Source: Methanocaldococcus sp. 28A
GTDB taxonomy: Archaea > AGJL01 > Methanococci > Methanococcales > Methanocaldococcaceae
Reading direction: 5' to 3' (one strand)
Assembly: GCA_049852185.1 (NCBI GenBank)
Contig: CP187540.1
Length of the DNA: 64,000 nucleotides
Shown here: positions 63,930 to 64,000 of the stretch, one piece after another
Position numbering within the stretch: position 1 is the first letter of the stretch
Layout: each line of letters opens with the position of its first letter
Notes under the pieces: model-generated
The model's database searches: none
Told to the model about the DNA's origin: nothing
Seen by the model: the letters and a program-made list of their open reading frames with translations, nothing else
Position numbers and translations under genes: made by a program

Positions 63930-64000
63930 TTATCCCTCAATTATTGTCCCATTTATTATTCCTTTACTAACATTTAAAAGCTCTTCAGGTGTTCCTTTAA
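63930..64000 (-). CDS. pyrH: 3' end of probable UMP kinase (partial)
   Basis: Manual translation KGTPEELLNVSKGIINGTIIEG*, typical amino-acid-kinase-family C-terminus GTII. Confidence 0.5.
   Translation of the reverse strand, partial: KGTPEELLNVSKGIINGTIIEG

Overview
AT-rich archaeal chromosome segment whose proteins, GGTGA ribosome-binding sites and CRISPR repeat point to a hyperthermophilic Methanocaldococcus. Most of it is housekeeping: livG/livF, pheA, leuS, purO, SRP RNA, ftsZ, mptN, tes, purE, atpD, nth, lhr, fbp, hisE, ribH, thioredoxin, thermosome, tldD, bioD/bioA, the Ehb hydrogenase ehbE-L block, ahcY, dapL and rps6e. These blocks are separated by many IS elements and remnants (IS6, ISH3-like, IS5-like, IS607 derivatives, short MITEs). 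The main candidate for an undescribed system is a complete bacterial-type MutS1 (34835-37291) whose end overlaps a small PD-(D/E)XK nuclease-like gene (37270-37773), with no mutL in the window. Other points of interest: two ~220-bp IS607-derived mini-elements that appear to keep only the ends and the tnpB-tail/omega-RNA region; an Hmd-paralog/small GTPase/roadblock/V4R cluster; an orphan CRISPR mini-array; a structured GC-rich ncRNA candidate upstream of rps6e; a duplicated promoter with a palindrome in front of secreted-protein genes; and a 53-aa ferredoxin missing from the ORF track. All family assignments come from motif recognition and recall, with no database searches. MJ locus numbers are from memory.
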